Below, one piece after another: positions 1 through 12,518 of a stretch of 64,000 nucleotides of DNA. The position numbers were made by a program, and so were the translations under genes. This stretch comes from Basidiobolus meristosporus CBS 931.73 (lineage: Eukaryota > Fungi > Basidiobolomycota): NCBI GenBank assembly GCA_002104905.1, contig MCFE01000106.1, positions 1-64,000 on the forward strand, given 5' to 3'. Position 1 is the stretch's first letter; every line of letters starts with the position of its first letter. The notes beneath the pieces are model-generated. The model was not told where the DNA came from. It saw only the letters and a program-made list of their open reading frames with translations, and ran no database searches.

Positions 1-1014
1 GAATGGCTTCAAAGTGCGGAATTAGAATGGTCAGCTTCTCCACCGAGTCAAAGTGATTATTCAATAGATACAGTAGAGACATTCTAGGCAGTACAAAGAA
101 GATTGTTGGATCGCACTCTCGAACAAGTTCGCTGCTAATGAGATTCTCCTTTATGATCTGTCCCAAAGTGCTCCACATCAAGCCTACCCACAAGCTCCAT
201 TCATTTCGACTCTCCTTTTCCCTTAGACGTGTACGTCTCCCGTTGATGTTAAAGTAGGTATAGCAGACAAGCCTTTCAAACTCTACCCAAGCTTGGTCAA
301 AGTCCATTAGAACTGGGAACAAGCTTACTAGGGAAACACTGTAAGGGTGCTGGACTGCTCTAAATTGAAATACATGGCGTAAAGCCTCGAAGGTTGCACA
401 TAGTTTCTGTGCTGGTTCACGTAGCTCCTCAGAGCAGTGTTCTATACCTCTAATTTGAAAACCTCGAGAAAGAGCCTGAGCAGCAAACAGGATGGTTTCC
501 GAGAAGCCCTGATCCAGCTCCTCTCTATCCTCGCTTGGTAAATGTCTCCGGTATCCTCGCGAGCACTTTAGCACTGAATCCATCTCACAGTAGACAAGAT
601 AGATGATATTTAATAGCTCTGTTTGATGCTGATGTACTCGGTCAGTATATCTTCTAAACCTTGTGGAGTTAACATCTTGAACACTCTCAAGTAACTTGAT
701 CGAGGATGATAGTTGTTGCTCTAGAATAATGCAAGAATGGTAAGAGACGGCTAGTTTAGCAAGGTGATGATGCCACCAGCTAGAGAGGAGCTGCCAGTAC
801 CTGTGTCATAAAATAAATATAGAGGGTGGCTTCGACGAATTTTACTTTGCAAGGAGTATTTAGGGAGTTTCCATTTCTGAAATTGAAAGATTTGCGCAAG
901 AACCGTGGAATTCTGATGATCGGAAGAGGCTCTCGCGTGGTCAGGGTTTCCTGGGACACTCGTCGTAGTCGCTATTCCATAAGATTGCGAAGAATTTGGC
1001 ATAACACTGGTCAT
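1..1014 (-). CDS. LST2/ZFYVE28 N-terminal-domain-like protein, multi-exon, runs off the left edge of the window
   Basis: Manually spliced exons give ...QFQKWKLPKYSLQSKIRRSHPLYLFYD / EQQLSSSIKLLESVQD / EMDSVLKCSRGYRRHLPSEDREELDQGFSETILFAAQALSRG...FDQAWVEFE...ENLISSELVRECDPTIFFVLPRMSLL. The blocks are collinear with my recollection of the animal LST2 N-terminus (FRKWLYKPKRSDP..FYYAD; QLWFGAECLAAG; FDVLFAEFE; DDYEPALMFSIPRLAIV). The last exon is open to base 1. Confidence 0.6.
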
Positions 1015-2135
1015 CTATAGTTAAGTTCTATGGAGTTATATGTGGCCAGTTTTATAGAAGAAATGGCGCAGTCTAGAGCAAAGCTTTTGGATTTCTTTGT
1101 TACCTACGGCTTGCAGGAAAGGAGATGATTTATATATTCTTTAGATTCGACAATGTCTGGGATTGAGAGAGCCAGAACAGTGAAACTCCAGCATCATGCC
1201 AGTATCCGTACCCCAAGGAGATAGATGCGCTTAGATTAGGAGGGCAGATAAACTCCGTCGTTGATTAGACGATCCATCCGAGAACTTCGTTCTGGATAAT
1301 ATCCTAATCATCAATATTGTTGAAGATAATTGCAGCAGCCTAGCAGCTAACCCGGAATTATCCCTCCCTTAGCTCCTCAAAATAGGGGAGATCAGTGGAT
1401 GTCGGAAATTTAGATTGGTTTTCTAGCCGGCAAATTACTGCACTGTTGGGCTCGGATCACTACGCTGTTGGAGCTTTGTAACAAAGTTCATTCTTCAATC
1501 GATCCATAAGTTTATGCGATCAGGCAAATCACGTCAGTGACGGATCAAAGGAATCCATTATCGCATCCATATGTGACCTCAACATTATATGGTAATCAGT
1601 TCTCCACATTCTGTAACAGTGGCCTTTTTCATTTCCGTTACCAAAAAGGATTTTCGTCATTGTGTCGATGTGTTCAACTTTTAGGCACGAAAACAACGGG
1701 CATAGCAATTGACTGCCTCGCCTTTACAATACCAGAAAGTTACTTGTCCTGAAACATGATCGGAAACCAAATTGAAACGTCACATTCGTGCGCACATGCT
1801 GGTAGAGTTGATTGGCGAGCTCATTAATACTGCTATATGTCATTGAGCATGGAATGTTTGAAAGTAATTAAAGTATTCATTTCTAGTTGCTGGTTCCTGC
1901 TAAATCACACCGTACCAATAATACTCACAATGCATGGTATGCCTTGTAATAGTACCGGATGCCACGCCTCAAGCAATTGTACAGTGCCTACAATCTATTC
2001 CGTACAGCACAGTGCTGCTTCGCCAGATATCCGTTATATTACGCTCATTGTGAGCGTACTTCAGCCATGAGTGCGTATTGATTGACGTGAATTCTTTATT
2101 GTTCCCAAATTTCGTGCACGATGCAATTCTATATT

Positions 2136-5059
2136 TTACAACATTTGTACGTAATTTGCGGGAAATTGGCCACGCTGCCCATGTAGTATGCCTGAAACCA
2201 TCACTAGTTAGAACATATGTTGAATTCATATAACTAAAAGGGCTCTACCTTCCCACCAGCCGTCATTGCCATCTTTATCTGTGACTTGGATGACATCACC
2301 GGCGCGAATTGTCAGCTCTTGGGCTGTTCTAGCATCATAATCATAAAGCGCTGAAACAAAAATAAGTAAACTAGAGCAATGATACGTCAACCGTTAATGA
2401 ATTAATTTGAACTCTACCTTGAACTTGGAGATACTCGTTCGTGGGTGTATCATTGGGCAGAACCGGGGAATCGACTGCAGAGATAGTGGCGGCGGGTTGC
2501 TCGGTGTATTGCACATACGCAGCAGGAACATGGCCTACTTGACCATTACACTCGGCCTTTACCCAGCCAGAGCCGTCGTCACCTTCAAGTATGGTAATCG
2601 AGTTTCCAGCATATACGGTAACTTGAGAACCATCAGTTGCTTCATAGTCATATAAAGCAACGGCATTTCCAGTGTTGCTGCTGGTGCTACTAGCTGCATC
2701 TCCGGCAATCATACTTTCTACGTATGGATTCACTGCAGGCTGTACGGAACTGGTCTCTGTAGGCTCTTCTGAAACTATGGTGGGGGACTTGAAGGATTGC
2801 GGGAGTGGCTTACGAGAATTAGACCGGCGAATGCCCGCAATAGCTAGAGGCTAACGGTTGGTTTTGATGGACCAATCAATACAAAGAATTTATATCCTTA
2901 CATGAAACACTCCCAGAAAAGAAGGAACGAGAAGTTTTGGTGGAATCCTGAGAGCAGTTAGGGGGCACTTTAAGCTCGCATTTGGCATGGCAGTTAAACC
3001 CACATTCTACACATACAAATTCGGCTTAATGACAACTCAATAATCGCATCATTCAGTATCATTACACAATACCTTTGCAAGTGAATCCTTGTTTTGCAAG
3101 ACCCCAAATAGTGGTTTGGCAATAGTCACATGTTGTTGGGATGGTGAATGACGCTGTCTTGAAATTGTGTCTTTGGCCATCCATGGAATTCTCTACAACG
3201 AGGAATTAGGCACTTCCTTCTGATGACGTAGGTCACCATTTCAAGAATACGCCTGCTTACCTCCAATGCTCGATACAATCACCTGCTGCTCCGTTTCTAA
3301 TGCTAATTTCATGGAATTAAGGATGCTCATGTGCTGTAGAGTTTCGTTGATTTTCTGCTCAAAATGATGAGTGAAAGCTGCTTCAAAGACATAGCTGTAA
3401 AGGTAGGGATTACCTCTTGAACATCATCAGGGTCGCCTAGGGTGCGGTTGTTGGTATATGCATCTTGCAAATTGTGGAGACCTTCCAGCTCTTTGCTTTT
3501 TGTATTCAACTCAGCATTTAACTCGTTAAGTTTAGTCTTATTCTTTATGAGCTTGTTATTCAAGAATACAACACTAGCATCGTCAGTGACCAGCTCAACC
3601 TATTTGGGAGAAAATGGTTTAGTAGTGCGTCGTTGGAAGATTTATATGAAGAACTGTGGGCATTTACCCCTCCCGTATCAAGGGCACATGGTTCGAAGAC
3701 AAAGGGAGTAGGCTCTTTTCTGTCAGCCGCATTTTGCTTGATGAATATTTGAGTATCGATCTTTTCATCTAAAACCTCAACTTCTTCCGAAATAACATCC
3801 AAGTGGGACTGCGTTTCCGAGAGTAACGTCGATTCCAATTCTACGTACTCTTTCCAAATCTCTCTTAGTGCAGCGATACGGCTTTCGTTGACCCATTGCA
3901 TATTCTAGGGAGTAATTTTGGTAAGTTTACCAAGTCACAAAAGGCTTCCTTGTTGTTGAAAGGGCATTCACATTTAAAAGAGCAGGGAAGTCTTCCTGAT
4001 AGTATTTGTTTCTTTCTGCATTAGCGACATTGATGGCGATAATATACAAGTTCTAATTACAAAATATTCATTGTCAATGCGTTTCCAAGAATATATTCTG
4101 AGATACACATACCTTGTTATTATTCTGGTCTGTGATGTCTTGGTTATATTGTCTGCTCAGCTTTGGCTCTAATATTAGAAGGATCTCCCGGTATTGGTCA
4201 AACTGGTTAGCCTACCTTCTCAACGCTCTTTTCATCTTGAGCACGCTCTTGCTTCACTCTGGTAGATTCCACCTCCGAGAACATTTCATTGTAGTTCTCT
4301 TTGGCCTTTGTATAAAAGGTTACAAATTGTACTGTTGAGCACCCTAAATATGCATGATAATTGATACCTTGTCTTTTTCGTGGCAGAAACGATCGCGTTC
4401 AGACATAAGGCGTTGCGAAAATTGCATTTGCTGAGATATTTTGTAAGTTCTTATGTAAACAAACACGTGTAAACGAAGCAAGTGTTTACTTTTCTCCTAG
4501 ACTCCTCCTTTTTTTGAGCCAAAGTCCGTAGTGGGTCTGCCACTGAAGACATCAGAGAGTCGGCGAATTCTTGGCGCTGCTTTGCAATATTCTCTGTCTC
4601 GGCCAATAGTACGGTTAATGCTTTATATACGGCACTAAAATCCCCAATGACGAACAGTCAGTGACTTCACCAAGATAATACTAAGTCCCCTTGTGACTAA
4701 CCTTGTATCACTACCTCCAGCGGGTGTTTCACCGTTGATGGTCTCTGCTACCATGGAGTAAGCTCTTTTATCAAACTTTCCTTGATATTTGCGGGTCAGG
4801 GATTCAAGTTTAGATGCATGATCCCGTTCTATCTGAGCCCGATCTTTGATGAACTCTCGAAATTCAGTTAGAAATTGAACACCATTTTGAAGGAACTGGT
4901 TTACTGTTCCCAGTTGTGTCCCCTACAATTCAAAATATGCAGAAATTAGAATGAGCTGTATAGACGTCTGGGTGTGCGAACAAGTGTCGTGAGAACTATG
5001 TTGAAGCTATCTTTAGTTCAGGGACGATACTTTACTCTTAACGAGCTACCAAAATCCAT
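2136..5059 (-). CDS. BZZ1: Bzz1-like F-BAR / C1 / 2xSH3 actin-endocytosis adaptor, intron-rich
   Basis: N-terminal F-BAR start MDFGSSLR/GTQLGTVNQFLQNGVQFLTEFREFIKDRAQIERDHASKL; C1 domain HNFKTASFTIPTTCDYCQTTIWGLAKQGFTCK/ECGFNCHAKCELKVPPNC; SH3-1 ALYDYEATDGSQVTVYAG..GWVKAECNGQVGHVPAAYV; SH3-2 ALYDYDARTAQELTIRAGD..GWWEGILHGQRGQFPANYVQML*. Canonical splice sites. Confidence 0.9.
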
Positions 5060-8000
5060 GCTATGACTATACGGATGAAGTATGGACTGTAGAGGATATA
5101 CTTGTCTTGGAAATCAAATAAGTTTTTGACGTACTGGAATGGTACTCATTTTCACCGTCGTCAGCAAATTACCAAATAAATGAGCTGGAAAATCGGGGCA
5201 ACATTGTGGTAATTTGAATGGATGTTGATAATTAAACATTCAATTCCATCATGTTTGTTCCATGTGGTTCGGATATTCATGATAATCTGCGGGGAACAGA
5301 GAAATTGGTTGATGTAATGATGATATCCACATAGTAGGAAGGCACGCATGCTAACATAGGCGAAGTCTACCTCTTGCTAAGGAGCCTTCAATTTGGTGTA
5401 TACGCATTTTGGTGATTTTCTGCCGGAATATGGACCGACATTGTCGAGCTTGCTGGATTAGCCAAGAGTACTATTTGTTTGTGTCAGCAAACCACCCCCA
5501 ATGATTCAGGAATACAACCAGATGAAGACCTTGTGCACAATTGGCCATGGCAACGCTATTCTCCGTGAGTTGTCGGCCATGGATCTGTTGTTGTGGCCAA
5601 TTAATAGAGTACTTGCATGTATGTACTCGGTCTGAGACTGGTATTCACACTTCGTACAGTGCTATTGAGGGTTGGCTACTCCAGATAATAGGTGGAATCT
5701 TTCATGAGTGTTAGAATTGCACCAATCATCGGAGTGTCTGGGTGGCTAAGATCCTAATTTAGCTCCTGTATAGTGAGAGACCACGGCTTGGTGTGCAAGA
5801 ACCATAAGGTATATCACGTGTGAATAACATTTGGATTGGAAAATGACCGAAAAGAAATCTGCCTGGAAGTGGAATTGCGAAGTCTCTCCCCATCATTTGT
5901 ATATATATCCTATTAGAACAGGATGGTCACTTGTGTAAGAAAGGTGTGACCGCCTTCCGAGTTTCTGTTACCGTTTTTCTCCCACAAGCTTCGTCGGTAA
6001 ATTTTTAGTTTGAGATAAATAAACCCTACAAGTCCACATTCCTTTCGTTTCACTATTTATTCTTGGTTGGTAGTACGCTACAAGCCTTATCCTTGTATAC
6101 TGATTTGAATTGGATAACAACCAACCTACGCATTGCTCCTCATTTGAAGGGCAGTCTTATTTGTTGTGTTCAAGTACTGAGTATACATTCCACCTTTACT
6201 TATTGTAAGTAATTAGGAAAGCAGCCAAACGTGTATCAGGTAGAAGCTTAGCGAACACCGCTTTTGGGCATGTCCTTAATTAAGCAAATCCTAGAGATGG
6301 TTAAATCTTTCCGTAACCGGACAACAAACTTCAGCAGTCCCAGTGGGCCAGCTGGGCATGGGGTTGCCTTATGGATAGGTGCAAGACGTCGAGATGGAAC
6401 TCAGCGATTTTACCTGCTACAGTCGAGGTAAGAGCCTATTAGAATGTGCGTCAACGAATGGACCATTTTCATTCCATTTGCCTTAATCTCTACAGAAAAC
6501 GTCGATCTTTCGAAAAGCTGTAGTCCAGTTTCTTCGTGTATCTCAATCTCATCTCTTGCCAAGGAAAAATATTCATTATAGCGCTTACGCTGTTATATCT
6601 TTCCCTCGATATAAATTCTCTAACGGGAGGATATCTAACAATATTTTGGCTATATTACACGTCATTCTGTCCTCTGTAGGTCGATCAACCTACATTACCC
6701 ACCATTTTCTCAGATCTGATGGATTATTGGAGTCTTCACGTTCACATATACATGCACACAGACATCAAATATATACCAATTCAATCGCAACTTTTTCATT
6801 CCACTAATAGCCGTAGACGATTATATAATTTAATCTAACCTGTATGGTGGACTCTGGTGGTAATCAACTTGGGCCTCCAAGTAGGTTGGTATTAAATACG
6901 TTGCCCAGGAAGGGCAGGATGGTATTGTGGGTATTGCATACACTTGGCTCGTTGATAAATTGCGTCATAGCAAATAACCGTAAGGTGCTATTTACAAGTG
7001 CGAATGAGGCCATCTCCATGCAAAGACTATTTACCCGTTGGCAAACAAGATTCTGAGGCACTCCTGCCTGAATTGTGGCTCATTGAAAAGCGCAATCGAA
7101 ATTATGTTTGTCTCGGGCGTTTGAAATCACGATGCAAGTTTGACTGAGATGTGCAACAGAAAATTCCTTCAGTAGCACCAACGTCAACAGTGGCTTAGGT
7201 GATTTGACATTGTACAGAAAACCCTACATTGACGCCAACATGGCAGCAATCTGAAGTTGGGATCAAGGCAACAGGCATTTACCATCTTCGTGTTGTATAT
7301 GAGCATTCAGAATTCGGCGGTGTTGATTGGAAGGCGAATGTGAATGTGATTGATCGGTTGAAGGTAAACACCAATAGATGTAGCCCAAGCCAAACAGCAA
7401 TCCCCAACAGTCTTAGACACAAGGCCATTAGTGTTGAAAGAGTCTGATTGTGGAAAAGTGATGAATCCGCAAGAGTCTGTGTACAACAGACTGCTGCATA
7501 GCCTTTGATCAGGAAAGCTAAGCCTCACTGCCCATAATTGGCTGAGGGGTGGAGCGTATTGTTTCATCTAGTTCAAATGGTGTGAGCAACTCTACTAAAT
7601 ACTCCAGCAAATATTGTGTCGAATCCGCCTTATTTAGCATTAATCCTCTGGTGCTGAAATCAGTACCAATCTCCAGTATATTCACGTAGCCTAACCAGTG
7701 CAGGTTACCACCGGAATATATGTAGAACTACATCAACAATCAATGCAGTTTCAATAGAATATACAAACGGTATACACTGAGTCATGAGCTCCTTTAATTG
7801 GGGAAATTCACCTTCATTTGAGTGTGACTCACCTCATCGACTGTCCAAAACACACTTCCAGACAGCAATGTCTGTATCAGTAGCACTGTTGTACGCTCAG
7901 GATCGGCTTACGAGAGCAGTCTGGCCAGGCTTAAAGAGCCAAGCCACGCCATCAAGATACTAGACATCGAGAAACAGGGCTCCATAAAACTAATAAGGGG

Positions 8001-9548
8001 CATCAAACACTTGCTGCTATCGTAATTAATGAAAAATGAATAGATTGAAGGCACGTTTCTAAGCCAAGAACAATAATAAGCCTCATATATGGATTGGAGC
8101 GGAAATGGAATCTACGGTGCTACCTGGATGGAGTAATGTGCCGCTGCAGGCGAATCGTTGTTCAAACTGGCTCGGCCTGCTCCTTTCCAAAGGTAAATCA
8201 AACCGCATACATACACCAGCCCCTATATCGCCCTAAATATCCTCTTGATCCTTCATCATTGGAACCAGCCTGCTCAAATCCACAGGCTGCATTGCCGATA
8301 GTGTATAGAACCGGGTTTCATGGAAGCCTTCAGGTCTGTTGCTGCCATAAACCAGCATAGCGTTTGCGCCTTCCTTAATGCCAATAATGCTAATTGTAGC
8401 AGTGGCTTATGTAGTCTCTTGGGGTCAATGGACGTATATTCAAAAGCAACCCAATTCCATACAACGATAGATTGCAAATTCAGTGGCCCTATAATAAATG
8501 TCACGTCCAGTGCTCTTGGCTCGATCAGATCTATAGGATACCTCTTCATTCCTCTGCTACAGGGGTGCTCTGTCTGATGATTCAGAGCAAGTGATCGCCC
8601 ACATAACCAAAATAGTCCCTTCTCTAAGCTTGCTGTCAACTGCCGCATCTTTATAGCAAAGACAATACCCGGCCCTCAGATTTCTCATTGGCCAGCCCTG
8701 TGCTGCCTACGGTAGTATACCTTAGTGTACTAGACAGACAGCACTCTACTCCTAGGAATCTGTGTTATTTTTGATTCTCGAACAGGCTATTTGAGTGAGA
8801 ATACATCAAAAACCAATGAAACAGCTGGATATCGTACATCATTTGTTCCCCAACATATGCCATCACATCAAAATCAAATGATTAGGCTGAAGAGATAATA
8901 GCGCTCTCGAATACGTCCGCTGTTTGATGCGCCATGTAGTCAAGTTCCTGAGCTCAGCTTCACTGACTATGGAGACACACATGCTATTAAACAATGTTGT
9001 TGCAAGATTTAAACTTCCTCTCATTATAGCCATTATTTTAAGATGTGATTCAGTGCATGAAATTGAAATAAGCTATGGTGGAGGAGGGGATTGAGCAGGA
9101 TCCGGTTGTTTTAGAAATGTAAAACTTGCCCGTTCCCGATGCAAACAGTCTATAGAGTTTAATGTGCTAGATGTTTAGAATTCTTTTTCCAACTGAATCA
9201 AAAAGTGTACATATACAGACAGGATAATGTTCACTAATCAAATCTTGTTCGAGAGCGAGATTCATCAGCATCTCGTGCATTATCCAATCAAGTGCTACCG
9301 TTGGATTGGACGGTCAGGTCATTAAAAGGTGCGGCTTCTCTAATCCCACTCATGCCTTTCACCTGCTTTCTAGTTATTCAGAAATAGTGACTAGCTTTTC
9401 CTGAACGCCTCCGTCCAATTTTGCCCACCCGCCATCCCATCCCTGGCTTTAGCGCAATATCCATCCTATTTCGTTACCATGCCATTGTACGGAAAAGACA
9501 ATTGTACCTTTCCTTTCACGAACCTTTACCAGGCCATCAGACACAACC

Positions 9549-11319
9549 ATGGTATTTTTGGATTTCCATTGAATTTTATCCACAGCCATTAATCAGGCAT
9601 CACCTCCTAGGGCATAGTTACACTGCGTTGAATGATACAAATGGAGTATGCAACAGCTCCAATGATTCTTCTGATCTGGAGCGCCGCTATGAGGCACCAG
9701 TGGTCACACAAAAGGAGCTACGGGGCTGGTATGGATATGGCTTTGCGGTTAGTGGCTTCGAAATCAAGACATATATTCTTCATTGTGAGTAATCCGAAAT
9801 ATTCTTCTAGTGCGAGCCATTTTCTGTATCTGCACTTGGTGTCTTCATACCCATAATATTGGAATCCTTAGCTGCAGAAGCAGGCTATGAATTGGATGAC
9901 TACAACACACCGTGTGACACTTCAGTAGCCAGATATAGCTGTGTAATCAAAGTTGGTGACATTTATGTCGGCACCAGTAGCTTCTCTCTATATGTTCGCG
10001 CAATATCCGTTGCCTTCCAAGCGCTCGTTTTTATTGGCTGCGGTGCCATTGCCGACCACGGAAGTAAGAATGGGTTCCTTGGTGTTAAATGTTGATTATG
10101 CTAAGAGGTTCTGTTGTATTCATTAGGATGGCGTAAAACATTCCTTCTACTTTTTGCGTTGATGGGATCTATCTCCGGATTGTTGTTTCCTGTTGCTTAC
10201 AAGCCTTCCCTATGGTGGCTCGCTGCGACTCTAAGTATAATTACATGTGTTTGCTTTGGGGCTTCATTTGTATTCTATACGTCGTATATACCTACTCTTA
10301 CTCGCTATCACCCTGACGTCCTCGAAGTCTACTCTCAAGGAGACGAAGAAGAAGTTTCTCGCGTTACAGAAAAGGTTGCAAACTCGATATCAGGCAAAGG
10401 AATGGCTTGGGGGTACTTTGCTGGGGTGATAGTATTGGTTATCTCCGCAATTATCGTTTATGTGCTAGGTCAAACCAACTACAGGTGAGCACAGATCAGA
10501 GATATTCAAGGTTAAACCCCCAACTAATCCGTTTTTTGCTATAGTATGCAAATCGCATGTGCCTTCACCTGCTTGTGGTGGCTGATCTTCACCTACGCAC
10601 CTTACAAGTGGTTGAAGTCGAGGCCAGGACCACCACTTCCAGAAGGAGAATCTTACCTGCTATATTCTTGGAAGAAAGTGTTTAATACCATATCACACAT
10701 ATCGCAATTAACGCAGACATTTCGCTTTTTGTTTGCTTGGTTTTTCATCTCGGACGCCATTTCGACCACTACATCGATATCTATACTCTTCTGTAAAACA
10801 GTCCTCGGCATGGGCCATGCTGAGCTCTTGATTGCTGGTATTATTGTTCCATTAGCTGCGGGAACTGGGAACTTCATGTGGCTACATATCCAAAGTAGAT
10901 ACAAACTCTCCACCAAATCCATGATCTCCATGCTGGTCTCCATGTATGCAGTCCTACCCCTGTATGGTCTGCTTGGATTTATACTCCCTTTTGGAATACG
11001 GTATCGAGCTGAAGCTTGGGGGATCTGTATTTACATCGGCCTTCTTCTCGGAGCTATACAATCCTTCTGTCGTGTAATGTACTCTGAGCTGCTTCCACCT
11101 GGCAAAGAGAGTGAATTCTTCAGCCTATATCAGATAACTGACAAAGGGTCCGCATGGATTGGTCCACTGATATGTGGAGCTGTGGCTGACATAACACAGG
11201 ATTTGAGATATGCCTTTTGGCCTATCGTACTGATGCTACTGATTCCCGCGATGGTTATTCGTAGCGTAGATGTCAGTGAGGGGAAGTTACAAGCTCGGAG
11301 ATACCAAATGAAGAACTGA
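9549..11319 (+). CDS. ATG22: Atg22-like vacuolar amino-acid efflux MFS transporter, multi-exon
   Basis: Motifs KELRGWYGYGFA, SFSLYVRAISVAFQALVFIGCGAIADHG, FLFAWFFISDAISTT and ELLPPGKESEFFSLYQITDKGSAWIGP; about 12 hydrophobic segments. The start is uncertain: I used ATG 9549 followed directly by a short intron. Confidence 0.87.
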
Positions 11320-11960
11320 GCATATTGCGCGTACGAGACCCCCCCCCATATTAAATGCAAGGGAAGAGGTTATGCATCGCTCTCCCTTCATTGTATACAT
11401 ACTCTCCGCACTTCATCCTATTGTATTTTAATCTTCTAAAAGGACCGAAAAACTGGTAAATACACTATAAACTGAGAATTGTGCTGCAACCAAGAATTGG
11501 CATTTTCCTTGAACTCAAAGATGCAACCTGTGCATTGTTCTATTGATGCCACACCCATGGCCGACGGCATGTAGCATTTGTACTTGGCACTCGAAACATT
11601 CTGTATCAACCCGAGTATTCCTCGACGCTGATGGAGCTCTTCAAACCAATACCATGATATTAAAGAAATATCCACACCATTTTTTTCTCCCAGCCCAATC
11701 TGCATCCCCTGTTCATCGTGTCCATCTGAGATTCAATATATGTCGGGAGCGCGATATCGTGGGATTCCTATGCGTTGCAAGTGTGCTGCGGCATATCAGC
11801 CTAACTTGGCCGCGGAAAAGATGGAAACTTTGAGATTGAAGTATGCATATAGAATTTTATATGTGAGTGGAATGAGTGCATTGGCAAGCCAGTATGAAAG
11901 CGAGTCAAGCCGACCAGATCAAAAGATGTTAATGAATGAGTGTCAGTAGACAGAGTTGAC

Positions 11961-12518
11961 CTATTTGAGCAATGAGTGAACCTTTTGCTCGATAGCCCAT
12001 ACATGGGTTTTAAGTTCGAGATGCTCAATATTGGCGACGTCCTATTAACAAGCCAGAAAATGAGGGTTAGCTCTAATCCATGAAAAATGAAAGCTCTGAA
12101 ATCTCTGTTTACATAAAGTTTACGCAACTCGCGACGGGCTTTTTCTACTTTCTCCTTGCTAGCCACGCTAGTCTTAAGCTCAGCCAATTCGCTATCAACC
12201 TCTTCAATCTTTTTGGCATACTCCCTAACCTGTTGAAAGCAAAGGTAAGTATCAAGCTAGCCTAGAGATAGACAAAAACTTTACCTGGTCAGTAGAGGTT
12301 TGAAGTTGATCCACTGCACTCAAAAGTCTAGTGGACGCGTTTTGGTATTCCTCAAGCAAATAGTAATAGCTTAAAGCACCTGCAGCCGAGCCCCCAATAA
12401 TGAAGCCTAGAATTCTATAATATTTTGGTTAGTTCACGCATTTGACTGGCTGCCGAGACTCATCGCCCAACAGGCATTACGACGTAACATTATCTTACCC
12501 TCCGCCAATGCTACCCAT
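11961..12518 (-). CDS. Small conserved fungal single-TM coiled-coil protein (probably mitochondrial), 4 exons
   Basis: Splicing at canonical GT-AG sites gives a clean ORF: MGSIGGG/ILGFIIGGSAAGALSYYYLLEEYQNASTRLLSAVDQLQTSTDQ/VREYAKKIEEVDSELAELKTSVASKEKVEKARRELRKLY/DVANIEHLELKTHVWAIEQKVHSLLK*. It has a Gly-rich TM, then YYYLLEEY, then a coiled coil. Confidence 0.7.

Noticed and set aside
5150-6060. Possible minus-strand multi-exon gene (exon-like frames such as DIYTNDGERLRNSTSRQISFRSFSNPNVIH)
   Set aside because: Splice signals are present, but I could not build a phase-consistent model or recognise a family. Needs RNA-seq.
6371-7510. Possible plus-strand gene (GTAAGA donor at 6428; frame ..GIYHLRVVYEHSEFGGVDWKANVNVIDRLK)
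   Set aside because: No complete model and no recognisable domain.
7560-8760. Possible minus-strand exons (NILEIGTDFSTRGLMLNKADSTQYLLEY..)
   Set aside because: Competing frames; cannot be supported from sequence alone.
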